A stretch of DNA of 64,000 nt from Mobula hypostoma (Eukaryota): assembly GCF_963921235.1 (NCBI RefSeq), contig NC_086097.1, positions 136,278,001 to 136,342,000 on the forward strand, given 5' to 3'. Within the stretch, counting starts at the first letter, position 1, and every line of letters starts with the position of its first letter. Positions 39,501 to 50,899 of the stretch are shown here, in pieces. Under the pieces are notes generated by a model. It made no database searches. It was given only the letters and a program-made list of their open reading frames with translations, and was not told where the DNA came from. The translations under genes were made by a program, and so were the position numbers.

Positions 39501-41439
39501 GTGTGCAGAGGGACAATGAAATAATTTACTTACAGCTGCATCACAGGCATATGTTGTTGGTTGCTTGTCATTTCCGATGGTGAGGTAACCTGTGTGGGAG
39601 GAGTTTGTAGTGAAAAAGCCATTGCAATGAGGCAGTTCCACTCTCTCAGCCTCAAAAATCTTGGTCCACTGGTCATCACGACTGGGGACTTCCTCGGCTG
39701 CAGCGGATAGCCATGATGCATTCTGTGCCTTGACATGCCCTTCGTTCTCCATGAAGCCATGCAGCACCGCCTTCTTGGCTGTTGGCTCCTGTAGTTGATC
39801 TCATCGGCCCAGTCCACCGGAATGCTGGGGTATATCACAGGCACCTAGTATCAAATAAGCAGCATTCTCAAGAAAAAAAAAACTTAGATTGAACATAAAT
39901 ACAAATAATTTTTACAAGAAAGAACACAATTAGACCAAAAACCATAAGTCCATTCTAGTGCTGAGTGAGAATACTGGTCAAGGTGTTGCTAAACTGCAGT
40001 GATTATTGAATTGACTTTATTTCTTACATCCTTGAGGAGTAAAAATCTTTACGTTACTCTCCATCTAAATGTGCGGTGTGCAATCATAGTAATTTATAAT
40101 AAATTATAATAAATAGAACAGTCAATGTCATATAGAGTACACTCAAGTCAGCGTGAGTTCATCAGTCTGATGGCCTGTTGGAAGACGCTGTCCCGGAGCC
40201 TGTTGGTCCTGGCTTTTATGCTGTGTTACCATTTCCCAGATGGTAGCAGCTGGAATAGATTGTGGTTGGGATGGCTTGGGTCCCCAATGATCCTGTGCCA
40301 ACTGGTTCAAGAACCCAGTGGTTGAAGGGAAGTAGCTGAAGGAGGATGGAAGTAGGTTCAATGCTGGCTCATGAGAGGGAATTATAAGCAGCCTGCTGGA
40401 AGCACTCAGCCAGTTGAGCAGCATCTGTTGGTGGGGGGTGGTGGGAGGAAGGAATTATTGATGTTTCACGTCCAATCCCTACATCAGAACCAAAGATAAG
40501 TACTGAGGAAGGATTCATGGCTTTAGTAGTGAGACTTGGTAGGAATGTGGTGGAAGAGCGAGAGAGCATTAGAAAGCACAGGAGGGGAGCAGTGAGAGAG
40601 GGTCTCTCAGAACGGCCCCATTGGAAGGAGGAGGAGGAAAGCTTACTCAGTGTCAACGTACAGTTGAAGGGACTCCACCGTGGAGCAGTAAGATGGAGAC
40701 ACAAGAGACTCCAGGTGCTGGAACCTGGAGCAGCACACAATCTGCTGGAGGAACGTTGAACGGCTTCAGCGGGGCAAAAAGAACTGTTGACGTTTCAGTC
40801 GAAACCCTGCCCCAGGACTTGTGCTTTTGAAAGAGAGTCTGATGTGTATCTGAAGGGAAAATTTTGCAGACTACATTCCAAGAGTAGGACTTATTGGAAA
40901 ACTCTTTCAAGGGTAGTGCAGATAGAATGGGTGGAATGTCCTTGTGCTATAGTGCACTCTGTATATTCCAAACATGGCCTTGTTTTACACTTCAAGGTTA
41001 ACTGATCTATTTTCTCAGGAAGAGGAATCACACACACCTAGTAAATGCACAGTTCATTTCATATTCCCAAACTAAACCAGGAAATACTGGAAACACACAG
41101 CAGTTCACGCAGCCTTTTTGTTTGGCGGTTCTTCCAAAAAGTTAGCGAGTGTGTTGAGAATTTCACTGTAAAAGTATTGGATCATCCTGGGCCAGTATCA
41201 AAAATCTTTCTTCAGCATCAAAATTATACTCCTTGTGATTCTACAATCAATCCAGATGTGTTATGAAAAATCCGTTCCCAAGGTCCCAATGACTGCTCAC
41301 AGAAGTTGTCTCATGGGGCTTGGAACATGAACTAATTCGAGGTAGTGATCTGGCATTTAGGTTTTCATTCTACCAACAGACCATGGCTGCTAGGGAAAAG
41401 CTGGGAAGCAAAGTCCAAAACAAAAATTTGGATATATGC

Positions 41440-41740
41440 CTGCTATTACTAGAGGACATCTTTTTTTGCTGAGTGGAGGAAATTTTAGGGGAGACGACAG
41501 AGGTGGGTTTTTCACATGAGTATTGGGTGCCTGGAATGCACTGCCAGGGGTGTTTGTACAGGCTGGTATGTTAGGGACATTTGAAAGACTCTTAGGTAGG
41601 CACACGGATTTAAGAAAAACAAAGGACTATGAGCTACATAGGAGGGAAAGGTCAGATTGATCATGCAATAGGTTAAAAGGTCATCAAAACATCACAAACC
41701 AATGGGCTTATATCATGCTGTAGTGTTCTACCTTTAATGT
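41440..41740 (+). mobile_element. Degraded CR1 3' end
   Basis: actagaggacat...gcctggaatgcactgccagggg...agactcttaggtaggcac. Confidence 0.7.
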
Positions 41741-42289
41741 TCTCAGTATGTTCTCTGTTAAAATCAGAAAAACACACAACAGGGCAGACAGCATCTGTGG
41801 ACAGAGAGAGGGAGAGAATAAATATTTCAGGTGTGAGATGCTTTATCTGTATTTTCCAAAGTTGCACAGAAACCCTCGACAGATCCAATGCTTCTTCCAA
41901 ATTCTGAATCACAAGCTTGTATGTCATCATAAAACCTGCCGCAGTTTTAGTCTCAAGAAAATCCAAAGCTACCTCAAGATTTTCAATAAACAATTGGCGC
42001 TGCTCTTCTAAAATAAAAACCATCAGTTCATGGGCCTGGATGGAAAGAGAATCATTTATTGTCCATCCCAACTTGTCTGTAAGAAGGTGGGAGTGAGTTG
42101 CCTCCTTCAACAGACATGGCCCCTCTGTAAAGGCACTCCCCATAGGACTGTTTGGGAAGGAGTTGCTGGATTTTGGCCCAGGTACAATCATATTTTTCCA
42201 AAAGTAATTGAAAATCAAAAAGCTTCAGCTGCTGGAAACACCCAGCAGGCCAGGCAGATTCTGTGGAGAGAGAGAGACAGAATTATAAA

Positions 42290-43410
42290 GATAGACTGGA
42301 TGGGCTGGGGCTATTTTCCCTGGAGTAAAGGAGGTTGAGGGATGAAATTATAGAGATTCATAAAATCCTGAGGGACAAAGATAAGGCGAATTGTTACAGT
42401 TCTTTTTCCCCCAAGGTAATGGAGTCAAAAACTAGGGAAGCATAGATTTAAGGAGGGAAGGGAAAGACTCAATGGGGATCTAAAGGGCAACCTTCTCAGA
42501 GTGAGAATGATGCATACATGGAGTGAGCTGTCAGAGGTGGATACAATTGCAATGTTCAAAAGACATTAGACTGGTTCATAGTTAGATTAGATTAGATTAT
42601 GAGGACACTCGGTCCTCGTTCATTGTCATTTAGAAATGCATGCATTAAAAAATGATACAATGTTCCTCCAGAATGATGTCACAAGAAACACAGGACAAAC
42701 CAAGACTAAACTAACAAAACCGCATAATTATAATATATAGTTACAACAGTGCAAAGCAATACCATAATTTGATAAAGAGCAGACCATGGGCACGGTAAAA
42801 AAAAGTCTCAAAGTTCCGATAGCCTCATCATCTCACGCAGACGGTAGAAGGGAGAAACTCTCCCTGCCATGAACCTCCAAGTGCCGCAAACTTGCCGATG
42901 CTGCACCATTGGAAGCACCCAACCGCAGCCGACTCTGAGTCTGTCAAAAAACTTCGAGCCTCCGACCAGCCCTCCGACACTGAGCACCGAGCACCATCTC
43001 TGCTGAGCGCTTCGACCCCGCCCCTGGCCGCCGAGCAACAAGCAAAGCCGAGGACTCGAGGCCGTCCCCTCCAGAGATTCTGGATCACACAGTAGCGGCG
43101 GTAGCGAAGCAGGCATTTCAGAAGTTTCACCAGATGTTCCTCCGTGCTCTCACATCTGCCTCCATCAAATCAGGATTGTGCACAGCACCCTACTTGACAG
43201 ATAACAGACATCACCACCGGAGTGGCTGCTGCGAGCTGCGTCGCGCCGTCATCTTCTCCTCCCACCGTTGAAAAGTTAGGTGAGGTTTAGAGTGGTACAG
43301 GCCAAATGCAAGCAAATGGGACTAGCCCAGATGGACACTTTGGTTAGCACGGGATGAATTGGGCTGAAGGGCCTGTTTCCATGTTGTATAACTCTGGGGC
43401 TCTCTGACTC
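42290..43410 (+). mobile_element. Degraded CR1 3' end interrupted by the 680-bp retroposon
   Basis: CR1 3' sequence lies on both sides of 42581-43263. Confidence 0.7.
42581..43263 (-). mobile_element. About 680-bp non-autonomous retroposon, copy 2
   Basis: Reverse complement of 17790-18472. (TTAGA)n at the left end and catcttctcctccc at the right end. Confidence 0.85.
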
Positions 43411-44857
43411 CAATTTCTGAGGATGCCTTTGCAAAAGGAGGGTCCTGTCTCCATGAATATCAGGAAGGGGAGAGGCAGAAGGGGAAGAAAAAGGGGTAGG
43501 GGAGTGCAGGCAACAACAAGAGACAGCACGAGGCTTTCGAATTCTCCTCCTGAATCAGGTCACGTGTTTGTTCGGAAGAGCCAGAACGGGTCTCTGCTCT
43601 GCAGGCAAATCTGATCTTCTGCAGTTGGAATATGATAAAAGACCCAGACTTGAAATGCACGTTAGGACCATACGGCATTGATTAGAGTTAAAAAGGACCG
43701 GCAATGAGATGTGAGAAACACTACCGGCTGTAAGACTAAATTATAACTTACAAGTGACAAAATCCACTGTAGGTTGTCCAATCAGCTTTCCTTGTGGAAA
43801 TATTTATCAGATCACAGATCTCACTGCTGTTTCTAAGATAAATCCTTTTTATCCACCCAGATTAATTAAATCCATGCCGCAGTTTCTCAGCAACATTACT
43901 AAATTACAAGCATGTGACATGATGGTCCAGATGTTGATTCCGAAGGTCTCAATCAAAGGGGCACATTGAAGTGTTTGTACTCAGTCACAACATAACCTTT
44001 TTAGATCTCACTCTTTCTGCTTTTTTATTTAAAAATGACAAAAAAAAATGCACATGGGAACAGCCAGCAAGTCAGGGGCCCAGAGGACTAACACTGATAG
44101 ATCAAGTTAATTGGAGACACAAAAGACTGCAGATGCTGGCAATCTGGAGCATCACACAAAAGAGCTGGTGGAACTCAATGCGTCAGGTGGAAACGAACAG
44201 TGAACATTTTGGGTTGAGGCCCTGATCTGAAATGCCAACTGTCCATTTCTCCCCATAGATGCTGCTTGATCCGTTGAGTTTCTCCAGCTCCTTTGTGTGT
44301 TTCTCTGCATCAAGTGTATTGACAGCTTGACTGTCCACAACAGTCACCGGTGAAGCCCGCTAAGGAAATAGGCACGGGGACAGCACATGATTGAGGGACC
44401 GAAGGGCCTGATCCTGCCCTGTACTGTTCAATGTTCTATGTTCTATCTAGAGGGAGGTGACCATCTCACGGCTCCAAATAGGAGATCTTTGTTCTGTACT
44501 GATGAATTGTCTGTGGCCTAAGGCCAGGCCACTGCCTGTGAAGCATCATGCACCAGTCAGTGTGTTACAACTTCCTTCAAACGAGGCAACGTTGCCAATG
44601 CTTCCTGAAAAGGGTGTCCTGAGATACAGTGAAAAACATCTGTCTTGCATGCTTTCGAGGAAGATCATGCCATAAATAAGCACATCAAGAGAGTTCAAAG
44701 GAAAACATTGTAGAATGTAATGTTACACTGATAGAGAACGTGCAGTGCAGGTAGATAAGATGCAAGATCCACGATGAGGTAGATTGGTCGATCAAATGGT
44801 CATTTGTAGTGTAATGAGATGTCCGTGCAAGGGTCTGACAACAGTGGGATAAGATCT

Positions 44858-44970
44858 GTCCTGATGAAGGGTCTCAGCCCGAAACATTTCCACAGATGTT
44901 GCCTGACCTGCTGAGTTTCTCCAGCATTTTGTGTGGATTTCCAGCATTTACAGACTTTCTCATGTTTGTA
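44858..44970 (+). mobile_element. Penelope-derived short insert with a decayed hammerhead motif
   Basis: GTC-CTGATGA-AGGGTCTCAGCCC-GAAA-C, then agatgttgcctgacctgctgagtttctccagcattttgtgtg. The region after GAAAC is shortened relative to the other copies. Confidence 0.7.
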
Positions 44971-45635
44971 AAAGCTGTCCTTGAGCTTTGTGGTACATGT
45001 TCTTAAGCTTTTCTGTCTTCTGCCTGACAGGACTGCAGACGGAGGTGCCCTTGATTGTGGTGAATATTTTGACTTTGATTGTGTCGGATCAATTTTTCTG
45101 GAAGGGCAAGAGCACAGGAAGGGATAGGCCAGTCAGCCCCTCTAGCCCTACTACCCCATTCAATAAGAACATTGCTGATCCTGTGCCTGAATCCAAACCC
45201 ACCTGATCTTCAAATACTCTGATCCTTGAGCCTCTAAACCTGCATCAGTCCCAGTCCTGAATGTACACATTACTCTGAGGTCCACCAGTTGAAATGAAGT
45301 ATAATGGCAACATCCACTATTAAAGATCCCCATCTTCCAGGCCATGCCATCTCCTTGCAACTACCACTGGGCAGGAGGTACAGAATCCTGAAGTCCCATG
45401 CCATAATTACTTCCTTTCAACCATTTGGTTGTTGAACCAACTGGCACAACCCTAATCACAAGGGTTTAGCTACACTATGACTGTTTTGATCACTTTGCAG
45501 TAAAATGGATTTTTAAAAATATTCTAATTCTGGTCTTTCTTCTAAAGTTTATGTATAATATATGTTTAATGTTCTTGCAAATGCTGCTTATATGATGCTA
45601 TGTGTCTGTAATGCTGTCTAATTTTTTCATCTGTG

Positions 45636-46310
45636 TGTAAGGAGTTTTTTCTTTTATGTTACTGCGAAGGCTAACAAAATGCTTCTTTGTTATGTTATAA
45701 TTAAAATGGCTTTTCTGTAATAATAACTGCGATGTAGGGAGTTCTCTCTCTCTCTGCTTGTTTGGGTTATATTATTGATAAGAGGAAGAATGAACCAATT
45801 GGGATAGATGTTACTCTTTCTTGTGTGTCTGTAAGCTCTTGTTTTCGCGGGCGTTGAGGCAGAAGGCGCGATGGGGACAGAGAGAGTGGACACGATGCTG
45901 TAAGCTGGCCGACGGGACGGACCCCGAGCGGGAGTCCGAGGCCCAGGGTCTTCGGCGAGGAGAGGAGACAAGAACAGACTTGTGTGGAGCGTCTGGTCAA
46001 CCACCATGGTTGGTCCCAGGCAGCGGGTCAAGGGGGCAGGGGATCGAATGGTGGAAAGGAGACTTCGCTACTTGAACTTTGATAAGTTTGGCACCTTTTA
46101 TTTTCCTTTCATATTTTAACTCTATTAATTACATAGTTCCAGTAAAATCTATAAAGTGTAATCATTTAATCGCATATGGTGTATTGTCTGTTATTTGGCG
46201 GGATCACACAGCATCCACACAAACTTGATTACCCAGTTTGGCGGGGCCGAAGGATGCTCCCCCTTGACGAAAGCGAGTTGAGTCAGCCTGAGGCTTACCA
46301 GGGAGCTACA
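45636..46310 (+). repeat. 5' LTR (675 bp)
   Basis: Direct repeat of 48873-49577 with TG...CA ends. Lacks an approximately 30-bp segment present in the 3' LTR. Confidence 0.95.
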
Positions 46311-46312
46311 TT

Positions 46313-46331
46313 TGGGGGCTTTGTCCGAGAC
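46313..46331 (+). promoter_or_regulatory. Primer-binding site, tRNA-Pro-like
   Basis: TGGGGGCTTTGTCCGAGAC, 2 nt after the LTR end, resembles the tRNA-Pro PBS TGGGGGCTCGTCCGGGAT. Confidence 0.75.
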
Positions 46332-46355
46332 TGGATTCAGTGGGGTGCTGTGTGA

Positions 46356-47174
46356 TTGCCCTGTTTAAATCGGTGCTGCTGTGTCTCTGTGGGATTGCGG
46401 TTAGTAATGTGTGTCTCTGTGGGATTGCTGGTTATTGCTGCATGCGTGTTGGGTGGGGTGGCTGTTGGTACCCCGGAGGTCTTTGTTCGAGTTCAGACGA
46501 GTGCTGACGAGTTGGTGGTGGGACTGCCAGTGTCTATTTGTGCCCCAGGTGAGGTGGGGCCATGGGCTGTCCATACCGTTAGGAGAGAGAGGAAAGAGTG
46601 GTCTGATTCGGAGGTAGAGTCTGTGAATAAATGTTCCAGCTATGGCAGGCTCCGCCTGGCTTTTGGGATATTGTCCACCCCTAAATGGGCGGAGGCGTAC
46701 GAGACATGGGCGGAGCGGATCTCTCAGTTAGATGAGTGGCAGTGCTCGGTTGAGGGAGAGCGACAGGGATTGGTTGAAAGTTTGAGTAGGCGGGCTGTTG
46801 ATGGTGTTAGAACTGTCAGGTTCAATTACACCATAGTGACAGCTGCCAGTTATCTGAAAGCAGGGGAAAATGCGTCTGGTTCGACTGGAAGAAAAATGCA
46901 GCGCCTGGGGGGCTTTCCATACCTGTGTCAGGAGATTGGGGAAAAGCTTTCAGTGTATCTTCTCTGGCTAGGAGGGCAGCTAATTTGCTTGCAGTGCCAG
47001 GGGGATCATTTAAGGGGATCTGCCTCCCCCTCAGTCGTTCAGCTGATCAGAGAGGTGTCGGGAAACTTTGTGGAGGCCCAGTGGGGGAACGGTTTGGGGT
47101 CTCTGGGGCAGCACGTTCCCAGCAATGTACCAAGGAACTTCCGAAAGGAAAAGATCCTATTCCTGAAGGCTTAG
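46356..47174 (+). pseudogene. Gypsy gag remnant (PNMA-type capsid)
   Basis: YGRLRLAFG...YETWAERISQLDEWQCS...LVESL, plus MHR-like [11 protein letters not shown]. Confidence 0.8.
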
Positions 47175-47175
47175 A

Positions 47176-47400
47176 GGGACCACGCCCCCGTGTGTTGTTA
47201 CGGATAGATGGAAGCTATGCTAAAGCCATCCTCGACACTGGGGAGCAGGTCAAGTTGTCAGTTCATTTTACAACTGGTTTCTGAAGCATTTACCCTTGAC
47301 AACATTAAAGGCACTGGAGATTTGGGGTACCAGTGCCAGTGATTATCCAGAAGACGATTATTGGTCAGTGAAACTGGAGTTCATGGGGGCGTTGTCTGTG
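47176..47400 (+). pseudogene. Gypsy aspartic protease remnant
   Basis: [25 protein letters not shown] contains the LDTG catalytic motif. Frameshifted downstream. Confidence 0.8.
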
Positions 47401-47604
47401 CACCCAGTGTTTCGAGCTGCTTGTCTGGACTTGTGTAGCAGCCTTGGGCCGGTACTGAGTTTAAATGAGAGCCGATTGTGGTACGGCCTGGGGGAAGTAT
47501 CTGAGGGTCAGACCCTCTTAGTAGACACTCCGAAATACCACGAGGGAGGGGAGTTGACTGCTGAAGACACTTCGGTGAGAGAGAGGTTGGAGTGACTGTA
47601 CCCT

Positions 47605-48597
47605 GTGGTCGTGGAAGACGTAGGCATCGTGTGTGTGAATTATAGGACTTTGAACAGGCGCACTGTCATTGACCAGAATACGGCCCTGAGGGCCAAAGAC
47701 GCAATGGTCTGTCTGAATGGTGTGAGGTGGTTTGATGTGCTGGATCTGAGGAGTGGATGTTGCCAGAACACAATGAGTGAGGTCGACAAGGAGAAGACGG
47801 CCATTATAGGTCCCCTAGGATTCTTCCGATCCAAAAAGATGCCACAGGGCATATCCGGATCCCCTGCAACCTTCCTGAGGGGCATGGGTAAGACCATGGG
47901 GGATGTGGAGGTGTTTGGAGTTTTGGCGTATGTGGATGATTGCTTAGGGTTTGGATTCGCCTTGGGGGACGATGATGTGAGGCGAGTGCCGGAGCCCCGG
48001 ACAACCAATGAAGACTTGGAGTTCACGCTCGTCAAAGTGCAGACAGGGAAACAGAATTCCAAGCTGAAACTGTGGTCATGTAATGATGAATTAATCCAGA
48101 GAGATGAAACAATGACCAGCCTTCAAAAGGATGAGCAGAAACTCAAGACATCGATCCAGAACAGATTGGAAGAAGCTGGTGGTGTAACTGCATCCCAGAT
48201 GGAGATGGACATGAAGCGTGGGTCAGAACTGCTGAGACTGGGGCGAGAGTTGGAGGAGTCAGAGAAGAGGCTGACGTCTCGACTGCAGGAGGCTGAAGAG
48301 ACTGCAGAGGCAGCCCAGGCTAAGTGCTTCAGTTTGGAGAAAATCAAACAGCAGCTACCGATCGAGAGAATGTGGAAGAATATGGCATCGAAGGATGATG
48401 TGCGGGATGTGTGGTACATGCTGCCTCTTGCTAACTTCTCCTTGATTGAGGAACAGACCGTTCGCCCTTCCCTCACTGAGTCAGGTGCAGTGGGGAGGTC
48501 TGGCTGTGGGCAGCCTGGGTTACAGCAGGACTCTGAAGGAAAAGAAGCGGGGCCCCGGACACGGGACAGGGGGCTCCAAGTTGCAGTGGGGACATGA
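47605..48597 (+). pseudogene. Chimeric ORF: partial Gypsy RT, then myosin-rod coiled coil, then Gypsy pol tail
   Basis: RT motifs CVNYRTLN, LDLRSG, KEKTA, MPQG and YVDD (47929-47940). Myosin-like peptides follow from about 47984 to 48366. No RNase H or integrase motifs. Confidence 0.85.
47984..48366 (+). pseudogene. Captured sarcomeric myosin heavy-chain (class II) rod fragments
   Basis: DLEFTLVKV..K...K....E....DET...L.K resembles MYH [63 protein letters not shown].RELEE resembles [59 protein letters not shown].L resembles [37 protein letters not shown]. MYH sequences are quoted from memory. Confidence 0.88.
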
Positions 48598-48859
48598 GTG
48601 AGAGATTGAGAGAGGAGTTGGCAAGCAGATCCGAGGTATCCCCAGTAGTGTCTGAGCCTGAAGGGATTAGGTGAGGGGGTATGGAGGTCTCAGAGGATTA
48701 GGAAACTCCCAGATAGGTTGGCCTATGTAGCGCCCATGGAACAGGGCGTAAGGTCCACTGTTTGGTGAGCAATGTGACTGTTTATACCTGGATTGGGTTT
48801 TTGTGTCTGCCGGAAGGGTTAGCGAGTTACTTAGAAGTCATGAGGACAGGACTTTATTT

Positions 48860-48872
48860 GGTGGGGAGAGAG
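48860..48872 (+). promoter_or_regulatory. Polypurine tract
   Basis: GGTGGGGAGAGAG immediately precedes the 3' LTR. Confidence 0.85.
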
Positions 48873-49577
48873 TGTAAGGGGTTTCTTCTTTTATGTTACT
48901 GCGAAGGCTAACAAAATGGCTTTTTGTTATGTTATAATTAAAATGGCTTTTCTGTAATAATAACTGAGAAGTAAGTTCTCTCTCTCTCTCTGCTTGTTTG
49001 GGTTATATTATTGATAAGAAAAGAATGAACCAATTGGGATAAATGTTACTCTTTCTTGTGTGTCTGTAAGCTCTTGTTTTCGCGGGCATTGAGGCAGAAG
49101 GCGCGATGGAGACAGAGAAAGGAGACGCGATGCTGTAAGCTGGCCGATGGGACGGACCCCGAGCGGGAGTCCGAGGCCCAGGGTCTTTGGCGAGGAGAGG
49201 AGATGAGGACAGACTCGTGTGGAGTGTCTGATCGACAGCCGTGGTTGGTCCCAGGCGGCAGGTCAAGGGGGTCGGAGGGGATCGCATGGTGGAAAGGAGA
49301 CTCCGTTCCTTGAGCTCTAACTGTTGTGCACGAAGTCGTTGAACTTTGATAAGTTTGGCGCTTTTTATTTTCCTTTTATATTTTATCTCTCTTAACTACA
49401 TAGTTCCAGTAAGATCTATAAAGTGTAATCATTTAATCACATATGGCGTATTGTCTGTTATTTGGCAGGATCACATGGCATCCACACACACTTGATTACC
49501 CAGTTTGGTGGGGTGGAAGTCTGCTCCCCGTAGACAAAAGGGAGTTGAGTGAGCCTGAGGCTTACCAGGAAGCTACA
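48873..49577 (+). repeat. 3' LTR (705 bp)
   Basis: Direct repeat of 45636-46310, ending AGCTACA and followed by TGTG. Confidence 0.95.
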
Positions 49578-50899
49578 TGTGCATTCATGTGCTTGTGCAT
49601 ATGACAACAAATTTTACTCTGGTTCTTCCCCCCCACCAACAATTGCTGCCTGACTTGGAGGGTATTTCCACCATTTTCTGCTTTTACTCATGACTGATGG
49701 AGAAAGTGAATCTTATTGAATTTAGTTTGTGAGCTGAGGAAAGCCAAAGGAAAGAGACACTTGCTTCTCTTTTCTCCTTATAGAGGGATGGAGATGAGGT
49801 ACCTGTCTGAGTTCAAACTAATAGCCTCGACACCTCTTGAGTAGGACAGCTTAGTGAGAACTCTACCGCAGGGAAATGGCTCAAGAATATTCCTCCATGA
49901 GGTAGGAGGAACCATTGAAAGACTAATGGCAGCTGATACACTAGACCCCCTCCAGCTGGCTGGGTCTGTGAGATGGAACAACACAATATTCTTATGCCTT
50001 TTTCTGCAGTCTGTGGGAGGGACTTTCCAGGCTGAGTTCCAACAAGCCTCAAGGCTCTCAATGTTATGTCATTAACTAAGCCCTTTGTTTCAGAAGATTC
50101 TCTTGAGTCTGACGCTCACATAATAAAGTATATTAGCATCTTAGATGCTCACGGGAGCCCACGTAAAAAAAAATCTGGGCCCGGTTGTTGAAGCTGTGGT
50201 TTCCACTCTGCAATTATCTCAGCTATAGTGTTTCGTTACATGTGAAATGGTCCAAAGTGAATGCTGGGCTTTCATTGGAAAGATTGTTTAAGCGTGAGTA
50301 ATTCCACTTCGCACTGCATCATCAAAAGGTCAGAGAAGGAATAAGGAATTTTTTTCATGGAACTTTCCCATTTTAACGTCCTATGGCAATCCAAACTGTG
50401 AAGTGGGTTCACTACCGTCACATTGAATCTTGTGAGCAATTTTTGCACAGTGTGTTGACAGTAACTTGTTAGTGATGACGTGAGGAGTAGGGACTGCCCT
50501 GGACATATAGAAAGTTTAGATTATTTTATTGTTATATTCACCAGGGTGCAATGAAATTCCTAGCTCGCTTGAAGCCCAGAGTAAACAGATACTTAGTAAA
50601 ATTAACAATAGGTCTGATGATAAGTGCAAGACGGCAGAATGGTGCAACTATTGTGGGTCACTCTGAAGCACACAGAGCAGGGAACAATAGAGCACAGGAA
50701 ATAGCCCTTCAGCCCAGGATGTTGTGCCTAACTAATTAAGGGAAAGATGCCTAATTACAGTAATCCTTTCCATGGTCCACACCTCTCTGTTCTTTGCATA
50801 TTCAAGTACCTACCTAAGAGCCTCTTAAAGGTCTCCATCGTATCTGCCTGTATTCCAGGCCCCCAAAGAAATGCTGAAGTGACGATAATGGATTACGAA

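Larger units (their letters stand above)
45636..49577 (+). mobile_element. Compact non-autonomous Gypsy (Metaviridae) LTR retrotransposon carrying myosin heavy-chain fragments
   Basis: Two LTRs (TGTAA...CTACA), TGTG TSD at 45632-45635 and 49578-49581, PBS, PPT, and gag/PR/RT remnants. Confidence 0.95.

Noticed and set aside
40695..40820. Another hammerhead copy on the minus strand
   Set aside because: The core is mutated (CTGGGGC instead of CTGATGA), so it is only a decayed member of the Penelope-derived family.
46356..47174. Domesticated PNMA-like host gene
   Set aside because: It sits between LTRs right after a PBS, has a non-ATG ORF start, and looks deleted and degenerate; it is a gag remnant.
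47984..48366. Exons of a resident myosin gene
   Set aside because: The segments are non-contiguous in the protein, lack flanking splice sites, lie inside an LTR element, and no other myosin exons are visible in the window.
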